A model generated the notes under the pieces. The model made no database searches. It was not told where the DNA came from and saw nothing but the letters and a program-made list of their open reading frames with translations. From the human T2T-CHM13v2.0 reference genome, Homo sapiens, in NCBI RefSeq assembly GCF_009914755.1, contig NC_060933.1: a stretch of DNA of 64,000 nt. One strand, given 5' to 3'. Shown piece after piece: positions 1-14,724 of the stretch. Within the stretch, counting starts at the first letter, position 1; each line of letters starts with the position of its first letter. A program made the position numbers and the translations under genes.

Positions 1-1040
<1,040 letters not shown>

Positions 1041-2334
1041 ACGCTCTGTGGATATTAATAATAGTTTTCTTCTCCCAGCATAGTCTTGGTTAGTTCCAAA
1101 TTATTTTCTTTGTTTGTTTGTTTGCTTTGGTCTCTACCTTTCATGCTGGTAGTTCCCCTTAGATGTCTGATAATCTTTGGTAGTCTATTCAAATTTAGGA
1201 GTGAGGTACTAAAAGACCTTATTGGAAGTTCTGATTCCATGAATGAAACTTCTTGTCCACCAGCTTCAACTGGGTCATCTGGCTGGGCCATTTAGTTGGG
1301 TCATTCTCAACATCAGCATCTTTATGTCTTTCCTCTGGAAGTGGTCAGATACCCCAGAGAATAATTTTCTAATCTCTAGTGGTCTGGAATTAGAATGGGG
1401 TAAAAGACATGGGGTTCTGTTAGCTTATAAATGTTCCCATAAATTTTCACTACCCCTTCATTTATATTACTGAACTCCATCCCCAAATGTGCCAAATGTT
1501 CTCCAGGAAGTAAGTTTCTCTATTTACCTTTTCCAGCCTCTGCCAGGCTGGGAGAGGGACCATTATCTGGCTATACAGGTTTGAAGAGAGGATGTAGGGA
1601 TCTAACAACTTCTTATACAGACTTATAACCCAATCCTCCTATTTTTGACCCTACCTTTATCCCCATTTTCAGTGGTATCTGACATTTGGAAGCTGTTTGG
1701 GAGGTCTATGATGTAGTCAGGTACTTCTGAGTTTTCTCCAAGACAAATTTAGGGATCATCTTTCTCAGGTGTGTTACCTCTTGTCTATATGGCTTCTGAA
1801 TTCCACAACCTTGTTGTTCTTGTCTTCCTTTCTAATTTCATCATCATTGTGGGTTTCTGCCTTAAAAAAATAATCCCTTTACTGTCATTTTATTAGGTTT
1901 CAGAAGAAAGCCAAAGTAAGTGCATTTCTGTAATTGATCACCTCTACTCAGTAGTCTATTTTGCATTTTTACAAGGAAATGACAAGTTTACTCAGGAGTG
2001 TTTGAAGACAAACAGGCCTGCTTTATAATTTTGTTACTGGCCATCCCTACCTTCAGTGCACTTGGTCAACAATTACGTCCACAAAACAGAAATTACAACT
2101 CTGACTCGTGCTTTTATCTGAGGAACCACAAGTCATTCACTTGTATGGTTCACTTGTCAACTGTAAGGGAAACTCTAACTGCTAATAACTTTAACTATAT
2201 AGCCAAAAGGATCTTGTAAAACTCTTCCTATCTTCCTAGCTTTAGTCTTTGCATATAGTTCAAGGTTACTACTAACACTCCCCGACACCTGATTTTCTTC
2301 TGAAATACCAAAACCTCCCATTTTTGAGTGTTCA

Positions 2335-2733
<399 letters not shown>

Positions 2734-3199
2734 TTATTATCTGTATTTTACAAAGAGGAAAATTGAGGCTCTGAAAAGTTAAAGGATTTGTTCAACTTAA
2801 CACGTCTATTAAGTGGTGAAACTAGGGTTTGAATCCAAGTCAGCCTTACTCCCAACCACTTTCCACTTCATTATGTTGTCTTATTGATGACTTCCTGCCA
2901 GGACTTCCCAAGTGTTCATTTTCATGTCTGCAGCTCATTTAATTACTTTTAGTTCCTTTTTCATTTTCCAATCCAGTCATCTATACTATTACCCTATGTC
3001 AGTGAATGACATCCAGTTGGTTCAGTATTTCAAAATTTCTGGCCCACCTTCTCTTCTCATCTGTATCTGGTTACCTTTTTATCCACCTTATATATCATTT
3101 CCTAGGAAAGATTCCATGACCTCCCAAGGATTGACTTTGTACTTTTCATGTGCTTTTACAGCACAAACAGAATCCTCTTTGCCCTATCAAGGTAGTAAT

Positions 3200-3372
3200 T
3201 ACCAGGTATAGAAATTATCTGTTTGCTTATTTACTCCCCAACTACACTAGGCTCCTAAGGACTGTGGCAATATTCATCTTATTTATGAGTCATATCTACA
3301 GCCTAGCACAGTGCCTGGCACATAGCAGGTGCTCACTACATATTTTGTTGAATGAATGCATAAATGAATGAG
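3200..3372 (+). mobile_element. L2 3' end fragment
   Basis: cctagcacagtgcctggcacatagcaggtgctc...tgttgaatgaatg. Confidence 0.8.
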
Positions 3373-3389
3373 GTTACACACATACCTCT

Positions 3390-3807
3390 ATGACATAGTT
3401 TGGATATTAGTTCCCTCCAAATATCATGTTGAAATTTCATCCCTAATGTGGGAGGTGGGGCCTAGTTGGAGGTGTTTGGGTCAGGGGGGCAGATCCCTCA
3501 TGAGTTGCTTGGTGTCATTATGTTAGGATTGAGTGAATTCTCACTCTTAGTTCCTGTGGGATCTGGCTGCCTAAAAGAGCATGGCACTCCTCCCCTCTCT
3601 CTTGCTCCCTCCCTTGCCATGTGACATGCCTGCTCTCTCTTGGCCTCCCCCCATGGTTAGAAACTTCATGAGGTCCTCACCAGAAGCAGATGCTGGTGCC
3701 ATGCTTCTTGCAGAGCCTGAAGAACCGTGAGTCAAATAAATGTCTTATTTTATTAAATTACCCAGCCTCAGATATTCCTTTATAACAATGCAAAATGGAT
3801 TAAGACA
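3390..3807 (+). mobile_element. MaLR LTR (MST family)
   Basis: atagtttggatatt...gaggtgtttgggtca...gcagatgctggtgccatgctt...gcaaaatggattaagaca. Confidence 0.85.
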
Positions 3808-3814
3808 CTCGTAT

Positions 3815-4151
3815 TTATTAGTCCATTCTCACAGTGCTCGGCTATTTATAAACGAAAGAGATTTAATTGACTCATAGTTCGGGGAGGCCTCAGGAAACTT
3901 ACAATCATGGCGGAACGGGAAGCAAACACATCCTTCTTCACATGGCAGCAGCAAGGAGAGGTGCTGAGCAAAAGGGGGAAAAGTCCTGGATAAAACCATC
4001 AGATCTCATGAGAACTCACTCACTATCATGAGAATAGCAGCATGGGCTAACCGCCCCCATGATTCAATTACCTCCCACTGGGTAACATGTGGGGATTATG
4101 GGAACTACAATTCAAGATGAGATTTGGGGGGGACACAGCCAAACCATATCA
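3815..4151 (-). mobile_element. MaLR LTR (THE1B/C-like)
   Basis: tattagtccattctcac...gaggcctcaggaaacttacaatcatggc...gggacacagccaaaccatatca. Confidence 0.9.
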
Positions 4152-4670
4152 CACTCTGTCTGAATTATTAATAAAATATTTTCTAATCTAAAGTAATGTT
4201 CCAATGATATTTTAGCATTTGACACTAAGTTTCAAAAATTTAAATTTAAATGAAAGAGGGTCTTAAATCTCTATTGCAAAAAGGACTCAGCTGAATAATC
4301 TGCGGCACAGGTTTAAATCGCCTTGGACCACACCGCCATGTTCCAGGGCTCACCGGGAGCCATCGAGATGAGAGACCACCCAGCCCTTGTGACTTGACTA
4401 AGAAATTAAATCCATATTATCAGCACGTTTTTAACTGGATGTGATATAAGGTTAACATATTTTGTAATCATTGTATTTATAAATATTTTGTCTAAATGTT
4501 ATTGTATTCCAAGTTTTCCAAAAGAATCAACCAAATACAAGTTATAAATAAACACTATATTTGTTATGGGAGTTAAGCTAACCAAATTTATAACCCAGAT
4601 TTAGATACACAAGAAAATCAGTTTTTAAAGTTTTGTTTAATAGAAAGCAGTGTAATACATCAAACATTAA

Positions 4671-4995
<325 letters not shown>

Positions 4996-5491
4996 ATGAA
5001 TATTTATTTTCACACACAAAAGTCCCTCAGACATTGATTCTTAAATTCAAAACACCAAAGGCATTGTATATGCCTTTTCATGTTTTCTAATTGTGAAGAA
5101 AATAAATTTTACTTAAAATGCTAATATTTGAATAAAGTATGCATTCATAATTATGTTCTTGTCTTTAAAGTTAATTTTTCAAACAGAACTAAATCAGTTT
5201 TATCTTCAGTAGATCTTTTAGAAAGGAAGCAATCCTACCTCATCTAATTAGAGTTTAGTCCTACTAGGAAGATACACTACAAATATTTATTGTGGCAATC
5301 TTTGAAAGCAAAATGAAAGGTGATTTTGGTTTCCTTTTCTATATGTTCTTGTATTACATTTTTCAGGTTTTTCTCTAAGTTCTTTTCTGTGATTTTTAAA
5401 TCAGGGAGGAAAAATTCATTCAGTCTAAACACTTAATATTTCTTCTACAAGAAGTATCCTCATGGCTATTTTGTTATTTTGTTTCACTTAG

Positions 5492-5596
5492 GGGAAAATG
5501 GATTTGTTGGCCTCAAATAGCTGCTTTATTAGATGCAATGAAGCAGGGGACATAGAAGCAAAAAGTAAAACAGCAGGAGAAGAAGAAATGATGAAG
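5492..5596 (+). pseudogene. FRG1-like exon 6 (105 nt)
   Basis: cacttag|GGG...AAG|gtaatg; translates [35 protein letters not shown]. Confidence 0.95.
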
Positions 5597-6702
5597 GTAA
5601 TGATGACATTTTATACAGATGACTGCATTCACACATGCGATGTGACTGTATCTCTTTAAAATGTTAAGTCATCATTTACTGTCACTTTGAAGATTTACTT
5701 AATAGCTTTTTATAATGTGGTGTTTCAAATAGACTCATTTTTAATTACAAATCGCATAGTTGATGGCTTGTTTATACAGTGTGGTAGAGAAATCAGTGCA
5801 TCTAGGAGCTACCTTGCCATTATCTCCATGGATTAGTATCTTTTACTGGTAGTTCCACATGCTCTTTTTATGCTTTCATTTTCTTGTTTTCTTGCTTGTA
5901 TTTTAAAATCTAATTTTTAAAATAGATAACATGTACACGTGGTCCAACATTTTTAAATAAAAGCATACGAAGATGAAGACATATGCCTGCCATGCATCTT
6001 GCTCACCTATGTCCCAGCTCCTGTTCCTCTTTCCCTTTGTTTTGTTTTTTTATAGCCTCCTAAAATTTCTTTATAAACATATGAATATATTTATAATTTT
6101 CAACTGTCTTACACTAAAGGCAGCCTCCTCTATAGTTTTCTCGACTTTGATTTTTTTTTCTTTAAAATTGTATCTTGGAGAGTTTTCTACTATTAGTTTG
6201 AATGTAGAAAGCTTTCTCTTTTTCTTGCTTCTCCTCTCTTTCTCTCTCTCTCTTTTATAACGCCACATAATATTCCATTTTAGGGATGTACCTTTATTTA
6301 TTTAGTCTTTTATAGATGGAAATTTAGGCTGTTTCCAGTCTTTTGCTCTTATAAACAGTGCTGCAGTACATAACATTGAATATGCATCAATTTGTAGATG
6401 TGCGGGTGGACCTGAAGATAAATTTCAAGAAGCAGAATTACCAGGTCGGGGTACACGCATTTGTATTTATGTAATGCTTGAGCTTCTGTGATGATAATCA
6501 CTCTATGAAACATAAAAAATCATAGCAGAACTTCTGGGGCCTTAGCCCTTACATTTTAAAAATATTTTTAGTAATAGTACCCGTCTTCTTTGCATTAGGA
6601 GAAACATGAATCACATAAAACATGATTTTTATTTTATTTTTAAAATTTGTGTGCGTCACTAAGCTGGAAATAAAAGTTCCTTATTCCAGGCTAAATTCCC
6701 TC

Positions 6703-6740
6703 ATCCGTAGTCAGACGCGTTATCCATTGCACCAGTGGCC
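6703..6740 (-). tRNA. tRNA-Arg(ACG) 5'-half pseudogene fragment
   Basis: Minus strand reads GGCCACTGGTGCAATGGATAACGCGTCTGACTACGGAT versus tRNA-Arg-ACG GGGCCAGTGGCGCAATGGATAACGCGTCTGACTACGGAT; no T-arm or acceptor 3' half follows. Confidence 0.85.
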
Positions 6741-8798
6741 TGTGCCCTCCCTAACCCTACTCTTTGTTTTACATCATTGTAAAAGTTACACAGACATCTT
6801 CATATCAAGGTGAAATTCTAAATAATACTGTTAATATAACCTAGATAAATCAGGTAGTTAACTGGAATTTGATGAAAACATTTAAGGCTTAATTTTTTAG
6901 ACTCACAAAAGCCACTGATCTTTAATGATAAACATATATCAGGATGTGTCTAAAGAATAACTCCCCCCTTCTTGACACATGGCTTTTCTGTGTCTTGGCA
7001 TTCCATCGCAGTACTGAGCATCCTGAACCTTGCTTTGTTTGTCTCTTTTGGGAATCACTGGTTGCATCCAGTCTGACCCAGATTTACTCTGTCAGGCATT
7101 GTGGGGGCCAGAGTGGAAGGCTCTAAGAGAGGGGGCAAATGCCTTTTCTAAAACGGCCTTCGTTCTTATAATCAGAGCATAAAAATTTATGTTACGTTTT
7201 TCTCTACTACCAGTGTAATTTAAAAGCATCTATCAATTCTCTGTATGTGCTTCATGTTAGATTTCCGGTCATATGTTTGATTTTCTTTTTAGAATAGTCT
7301 TGATTTCAGATAATTTCAAATCTAAAGCTCAAACAATTTCAATCTAAAATGTAGTTATTTTCTTACAGTTAGAGAAGTGAAGTGTTATATTTTTTCGTTG
7401 CATGCATCCGGCACATGCGTTGCAGTCTTGAATTTCCATAATGCTCCTGTGAGGTGGATGTGAGCTCAGCCTTACAGACAGTAAGACAGCCTCTGACCCT
7501 CCTTACATCCTCGTGGTTTTTGTCAGTCAGTTCATGGAAATCACAGTGATTTCAAGGTGTGGTAAGACAGGATGTGTACCCAGGCCCAGCTGACTCCAGA
7601 GGCCAGTCTCAGTATTTCATAGCACATTGCTTCTCAGGAAACAGGTCATGGAGGAAATGCAGATGGGTTTGTGACTTACATTTAATTTAATTTATTTATA
7701 TTTTATTGTATCATGTTTAAATTATTTTTCATCTGGATATCATCACAAAAGTGTTATTGAAGGCAACAATTGCAAATATATGTGCAGTGCTTTGCACTTA
7801 TACAAAGATACAAAGATACTTACACAAAGATTGCATTTTTCACTGTTTAAAGCAATTTTCAGATGAAATACAAAGTTTTCTGGGTCTCTTTGGTTAGTCA
7901 AGTACTTGGAAGCTCTGAACAGTGATTATTTAGGACTCTTTTCGTACCATTTAATTGCAGGCTCTCCTAATCTCTGTCAGCCCTTCACCTTTATGACCTT
8001 GCCTTATCTACCAGAACACAGATCCCTCTTACTAAAGGTAGCATTGTGCTACAGGCCCTAGCAGGGAATGTTTTCAGGTCTGGGACCCCTCTAATCAAAA
8101 CTGTCACAAAGATGTCATTGGCACAAACACGTTATTTGTCATCACTTTCTGAGCAGCCCTGGAACTAGACTCTGGCCACAGAGATCCCTTAGGAGACATG
8201 AGTCCTTACCATTGCCAATTACCTGTTCTGTGGGCGATCCTAATTGTTGAATGCAGATCAATTAACTTATGACATGTGATAGTAAACATCTATCCAAACT
8301 TAGGAGGATATAAGAGCTAGTAAAAGAGGTGGGTTCCAATTAATTAAAAACAAGTTGTGTAATGTTAAAAGTTTTAATACTTTGGTAATAGTCTGTGCAA
8401 TCTAAAATAGCTATTAAGCTTTCAATCTGATCAAATGAACACTTGTCTACTAGGGATAATTTGATCCTAGTGTATTGACTTGGAGGACAAAATTAAATTA
8501 GTTAATGATTGCTTTACTGCCTAACAGATCTGATGTGTAAAATTTTTCTGAAATAATTTTGTCTGTAGTGTTTCTGACACAAGGGCTGCGGAGGAAGCAT
8601 GTGATAGCACTTACTCATATAGATTATATATATGAAGTAAAAACACATAGCCAGAACCTGTCTTTTTCTGAATATAGTTGCTCAGTTAATTTTTTCTTCT
8701 GCATAAGAAATCATCTCGAATGTTCTTATGTGATACGTAAAGTGGGGAAGGTGGAAGATAAACATATAACCCATTGGATTCTCTTTTCCAATATCTAG

Positions 8799-8887
8799 AT
8801 TAGATCCTGTGCTGAAAGAGAAACCAAGAAAAAAGATGACATTCCAGAAGACAAAGGAAATGTAAAACAATGTGAAATCAATTATGT
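8799..8887 (+). pseudogene. FRG1-like exon 7 (89 nt; one Glu codon deleted)
   Basis: atctag|ATT...GT|gtatgt; [30 protein letters not shown] versus FRG1 ...IPEEDK... Confidence 0.95.
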
Positions 8888-8964
8888 GTATGTATGCTTT
8901 TCCTTTTAGACCTACAGATTTGACAGTGAAGTGCTTCTCAAAGTGCTTTCAAAATAAATTACCT

Positions 8965-9119
8965 AATTAGCTGGGGATGGTGGTGCATGCATGTAGGCCC
9001 AGCTACTCGGGAGGCTGAGACAGGAGGATTGTTTGAGCCCAGGAGTTCAAGGCTGCAGTGAGCTCTGATCACCACTGCATTCCAGCCTGGGTGACAGAGC
9101 AAGACCCCGTCTGAAAAAA
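8965..9119 (+). mobile_element. Alu right monomer (FRAM/AluJ-like)
   Basis: aattagctgg...ggaggattgtttgagcccaggagttcaaggctgcagtgagc... Confidence 0.85.
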
Positions 9120-9449
9120 TGAAAACTGATGGACAAGAAGAGGCAACACAATGTAGCCTCTGGGACAGAGCACTGAGCTAAATGCTTTTCTTTTCTTGAG
9201 GGTTCAGTTTTCCTAATCATCCTACCAGCTCCCAAAACTAGTCAGTCGGGTTAGTCAATCTCTCTATTCATTCATACAATGGGAGTGATGCCAGTCAAAG
9301 GCTGTGCTATGGCCAGGACACAGGGGACTCCAGCCAGCATGCCCTAATAGAAATGGGGCCTTGTGCTACCCAGTCAATGAGTGGCCCTCCTCTTGAGAGG
9401 TCACCTTTGTTGTTCAAAAGCTCCAGCTTATTTAAAAAAATATAATTAG

Positions 9450-9767
<318 letters not shown>

Positions 9768-9865
9768 TAATAAGTGAAAAAGAAATTAACAGTATTTATA
9801 AATTTAATAGTAAATATGTATAATCAGAGTTTGAGGTTTTTTCAATGAAGGCATTTTCTTTGCAG

Positions 9866-9975
9866 AAAGAAATTTCAGAGCTTCCAAGACCACAAACTTA
9901 AAATAAGTCAAGAAGCAGTAAAATTCTTAAAAAGACGCAGAAAGATGGATTTTTGCATGAGACGCTTCTGGACAG
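9866..9975 (+). pseudogene. FRG1-like exon 8 (110 nt; 1-bp deletion frameshift)
   Basis: ttgcag|A AAG AAA TTT CAG = KKFQSFQDHKLKISQE, then the frame shifts (gaagcagt versus gaagacagt); SKILKK...DGFLHETLLDR continues in the shifted frame; ends ggacag|gtagct. Confidence 0.93.
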
Positions 9976-11152
9976 GTAGCTATTTATGTACTTATTTCCA
10001 CTATTTTCAGTAGCCAATAGAAATGGCATATAGAAAACCTACATTCTCTTAAATTACTGTAGTTTTCACATTTTTGTCTTTATTTCTAATTTATGAGTGT
10101 GGCAATATTACCTAGAGAGGACATCATGAGTTTGGGAAAAGACTTTCAAGAAAGAATATCTAAAAATTATAACCGATTCTAAACATATACTTTAAGAAAT
10201 TCAGGTTTGACTGTATCTACTTCATAAATTTATCATTATATTTTTATAACTATTAGAACCAGAGTTAGAAAGAAGCAGTTTGACTAATATAAAAATTATG
10301 TGGATTCTGTTAGAGTAGTTCAGGTTCCTTAAAATAAGCATAGATCAACTAAAAAACTAAGTATAAAAGCTAAACAAGTGAAATTGAAGCAGTTTTATTG
10401 TAAGATTTGGAAGAGTGCAGGATGTTTATCATAGCACATTATTAATATTTATTACTATTCCTATGTAGATAAGTGATGTCCTAGATTTACAACATAGAAA
10501 AACAGGTAGAGACGTTTAGCTGTGAGTGTACAAGTATAAATCAATTAAGTGCCAGATTTTGATAATCACCAGCCGCTCATTCAAGTCCTATGTTGGAAAG
10601 TTACTCTTACCCTTTTTTTACATTACTTGATAAAGTCAATGTTTAATTACATATTTCCTGTTAACTAGCTGGTAGAGTTCATACCTAAAGTCAGTAAATA
10701 ACGTTAAGAACTTTTTCCAGCTGAGCAAATGAGTATGTATCTAGTTGTAAGAAATCAAGAAGAGGATATAAAATATAATCAGGATGTGGAGTCTAAAACG
10801 GAATAAGCTCTATGTCCTGTAACTTTTTTCACTTGTAATAATACAGCGTTCTCACCCTGTTAAATGGAAATTTAGAGCACCCTTAAATTCCAGAATAATT
10901 AAAATTGCTATTTGGATTGAAAAAGCCCTTAGGCAACATTTATTGAATATTAGGAAATAACTTTTATAAGATTAGAATCCATTTTTTATAGAAACCAAAT
11001 TTAAAAGTATACATATTTTAATATAAGTGTTGTGGTAATACACTAACCAAAATTGAACACACAGTTTTAAAGCTTTTTATATTTAGTAGCAGTTGAATAT
11101 ATATGACATGTTTTACATAGATTAATTTTACTATTTTTCTTTATTTAAACAA

Positions 11153-11263
11153 GAGAACCAAATTGAAAGCTGACAGATACTGCAAATGACTGGGATTTTT
11201 GTTTCTGCCTTATCTTTTTGTGTTTTTTTCTGAATAAAATATTCAGAGGAAATGCTTTTACAG
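11153..11263 (+). pseudogene. FRG1-like exon 9 with stop codon and 3'UTR
   Basis: G AGA ACC AAA TTG AAA GCT GAC AGA TAC TGC AAA TGA (stop 11187-11189); preceded by ...aaacAA rather than ...AG. Confidence 0.9.
11233..11238 (+). terminator. AATAAA polyadenylation signal of the FRG1-like 3'UTR
   Basis: AATAAA 44 nt after the stop codon. Confidence 0.8.
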
Positions 11264-12291
11264 AGTTCTTGAGTTGTTGTGAACTTATTGTTTAGCTAGT
11301 AGCTAGTTTAACCAGGATTAAACAAGTTTAATCAGGATTCTTCATGGATGTACTTTTTAGCTAACTACAGTTTTTCACATGGAAATGAAACTTACAGTAA
11401 ACACTTAACGTACCACAGAATTTTTTTCTGGATTTCTGGTCCTGAAGCATGAAGTGTACTAGAAACCAATTCTTCCTGCGCTACTTGTGGAATCTTTCTT
11501 ACTGGATCATAATCTTACTTTACTTTATACAATAGATGCTTAATCAGTGCCTTTAATAGGAAGTTAGAAACTCCCAATCCAATCAACAAGGCTTTGATTC
11601 TACCTCCTAAGTACTACCCAGATCACAGACAATCCAAATATCAGAACTAGGGGGCTGGGCAGAGAGGACAAATCATCTATTAGGGAGTGGGACAGAAAGT
11701 GGAAACATTACAAAGGAGCAAGTAGGCTCAGAACAGAGGGGAGAGTAATACTGGGGAAACTCCCTACTGAGGACAGGTTTGCCACAGTGGATATGTATGT
11801 GATGCTTTTGTCCTCATGGGCTGGAATGGAAGCTGATAAAGAAGTTCAGACGCTACGTGTTGCTTAGGTCTGCTTTGTTGAAGCATGTCTCTTTCAGAGT
11901 TCCTAAACACAATATTCCCGTGGCATCTAATCCCAGTGAGTGCTCCAAATCCAGGCTGTGTATCAGATGCCACGGGAAATTCTGCCTCAGGACTGAGGTT
12001 GGTTCAAGCATCTGGATGATGTCAAAAGTCCACGTTGCGTGCTGGCCTAACCTGAAAGACCCTATCTAGTTCTAGCCTTTAAATTCCTTCTGTCACCAAA
12101 TCTAGAGTTACATGGCATCTGTACAAGCTAGGTAGCTGAGGCATGGGATCAGCTCTATAAAGGAGCTTTTGGAGCTTTTGTTGTAGGTCTAGCTCCAACT
12201 TGGCACTCCAGTTCCAATAGCTGGACTTTCTCTCATCGTGTGTTCTGATCCTTGGATTGGGAACAAAGTAACCACTCTGATCTCACAAAGC

Positions 12292-12455
12292 AGTGGTTCC
12301 AGTTCCCAACTGGTGACTATTTTGCCTCCCAGGGGACATTTTCGTTTTCACAACTGGAATACGGTCTTAGAGAGTAGAGGCTAGGGATGCTGCGAAGCAT
12401 GTGGCAGAATCCTGTTCCGCCCAGAATGCTAACAGTGCCAAGGTTATGGAGCCTT
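12292..12455 (+). mobile_element. MER20-like hAT DNA transposon, internally deleted
   Basis: cagtggtt...ttttgcctcccaggggacattt...gtagaggctagggatgctgc...aatgctaacagtgccaaggtt. Confidence 0.7.
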
Positions 12456-12514
12456 CCCACCCGAGGGCTTGGTCTATTCCTTGCTTTTGCCAGCTCCCTA
12501 ACCCTTAAACACAA

Positions 12515-12700
12515 CAGTTCAAATCTATATGCATAAGCATCTCCTAGGGACCTGCACGTTTCCAATATCGACTACTGAGACCCATCTGTAGAGATGCAGG
12601 CTTAGGAGGTCTAGGATTGGGCTCAAAATTTGCATTTTAACAAGTACTCCAGGTCATTCTGAAGCAAGTGATACAAACCACAGAATGAGGAACACCGCCT
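12515..12700 (+). mobile_element. MER5-like hAT-Charlie element
   Basis: aggtctaggattgggctcaaaatttgcattttaacaagtactccaggtcattctga. Confidence 0.65.
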
Positions 12701-14112
12701 TCAAGAGACTGAATCTTGCTTCCCAACACTAGCTTGGTATCTGAGACCATCTGCCTGCTGACTGGCTTTCCTGGCACAAACATTCTGCATGTAGGCACAG
12801 TGTGTTCCTGGACTCCACGTCAACCCGTTCACCCTCATGTTCCCTTGGTTCCTGTCCCCAGTCCAGCAAGCAGAACTGATTATAGATCTTGACAACAGAA
12901 GATACAGATTTAAAATAACTTGCCTGTTCCCGTGGACTTTATCCACTAGTGAAGGAGGACAAGTGGACAAGGGGAGAGGGTAGGTGGGGGCTCCTTCCCT
13001 ATTCCTCCCATTCCACTTTATACAAACCCCAGCTAGACCACTGGGAGAGCAACGGGGGTTAAGAATGACTCCATCTAAATATTGTCATCTGGTCCACTCT
13101 TCTTCCATCTTGTACACAAGGATATCACGAGTTTTGTTTAAATTACTGGGAATTTCGTCTGCTCAGTGTTTGTTTTGTCTGCAGCCATTCCCAGAATTCT
13201 AGGACAAGACTAGCTTCTTTGCCAACGGGGTGAACAGGAAGGAACCCAAGTAGGAATTGCCTTTTTAAAAAAATACCTTCCCACCCTCTTAATTACGTAA
13301 TGCATGCATTTTTATAGCTTTTTTGCTTATTCCATTACCTGAGGTCAGCCACTGATATTTAACCCATCCTTAGCCTCGGAGGAGGGCAGAGGAGCACTCG
13401 TCATATTGATTTCGCTAGCGGTGACATGATTTCCTCCTGTGCCACTCAAATTTCTCTCCTTCTTTAACTTGATGCTCAGTAGGTTGTGTTTCACTCGTCT
13501 TTGCAGATTGTTAGGAAGATGAGAATTAGCTTCCATTTTTGATGTTGCCATAGAGAAGACTCCATGGTAATGTTTATTTGCACAATCAACTTTTTCTTTT
13601 CCCCCAGAAATTGCAAATTCTTATGTGAGAGACAGCTTTCCGGAGTCTGCAAGCATAGATTATCGTCTCTCTTTTGATGGTAAATTTCTTATATCCTCAC
13701 CAACAATAAAATACTTACATATAATTTTGGCATGTCATATTGATTGCCAACTACAAGTAAGAATATTCCTTGATTTTAAATCTAGATTAATTATGAAAAT
13801 TTGAGTAGCCACAAAAAATTATTGTGTACAAATTTATAGACCTCTTCTTAGGATTAAATGAGTTAATATTAACTAATATTTATTGTGTAGTTAAGGTATG
13901 GCAGAAGCTTCCTCTGTACTATTTCATTTTATACTTAAAACAATATTCCATGCAAAATGCTATAATTTCCCTATACCTCCAATTTGCACATGATAAAACT
14001 GGGCCTCGTAAAGTTTTCACCCCAGAGTTCTCTGCTTAGTAAGAAGTAGAAGGAAGTCTAAACCTAGGTCATCTGATTTCAGAGCCCATATAGTTAAAAT
14101 GCTCTAAATGCA

Positions 14113-14724
14113 GCTTCCCATGGTGATGGTGACTATGAGAGCCTGTCACATATGATGTAGGACCCCAGTGCTTCCCTGTAACCTGTGCAAGATTCCCGTG
14201 ATGATGGTGACTATGAAAGCCTGTCACATACGATGTAGGACAGTGCTTCCCTGTAACATGCGCAAGATTCCCATGATGATGGTGACTATGAGCCTTTCAC
14301 ATATGATGTAGGACAGTGCTTCCTCTGTAACATGCACAAGATTCCCGTGATGATGGTGACTATGAGAGCCTGTCACATATGATGTAGGGCCCCACTGCTT
14401 CCTCTGTAACATGCTCAAGATTCCCGTGATGATGGTGACTATGAAAGCCTGTCACATACGATGTAGGACAGTGCTTCCCTGTAACATGCGCAAGATTCCC
14501 GTGATGATGGTGACTATGAGAGCCTGTCACATACGATGTAGGACAGTGCTTCCCTGTAACATGCAGAAGATTCCCGTGATGATGGTGACTATGAGAGCCC
14601 GTCACATATGATGTAGGACAGTGCTTCCCTGTAACATGTACAAGATTCCCGTGATGATGGTGAGTATGAGAGCCTGTCACATATGATGTAGGACAGTGCT
14701 TCCTCTGTAATATGCACAAGATTC
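14113..14724. repeat. 75-bp minisatellite (VNTR), ~8 copies
   Basis: Unit gtgcttccctgtaacatgcgcaagattcccgtgatgatggtgactatgagagcctgtcacatacgatgtaggaca (e.g. 14471-14545); explains the 25-aa periodic ORFs. Confidence 0.95.

Noticed and set aside
13345-13551. 68-aa ATG ORF on the minus strand near a donor-like site
   Set aside because: No recognisable homology; length consistent with chance
13507-13566. Additional AG...GT exon candidate
   Set aside because: Only 41 nt from the next candidate acceptor, too short for an intron; probably chance
14224-14719. His-rich periodic ORF resembling a metal-binding repeat protein; array superficially like CRISPR
   Set aside because: Translation of a 75-bp VNTR; no unique spacers, no cas genes, eukaryotic DNA
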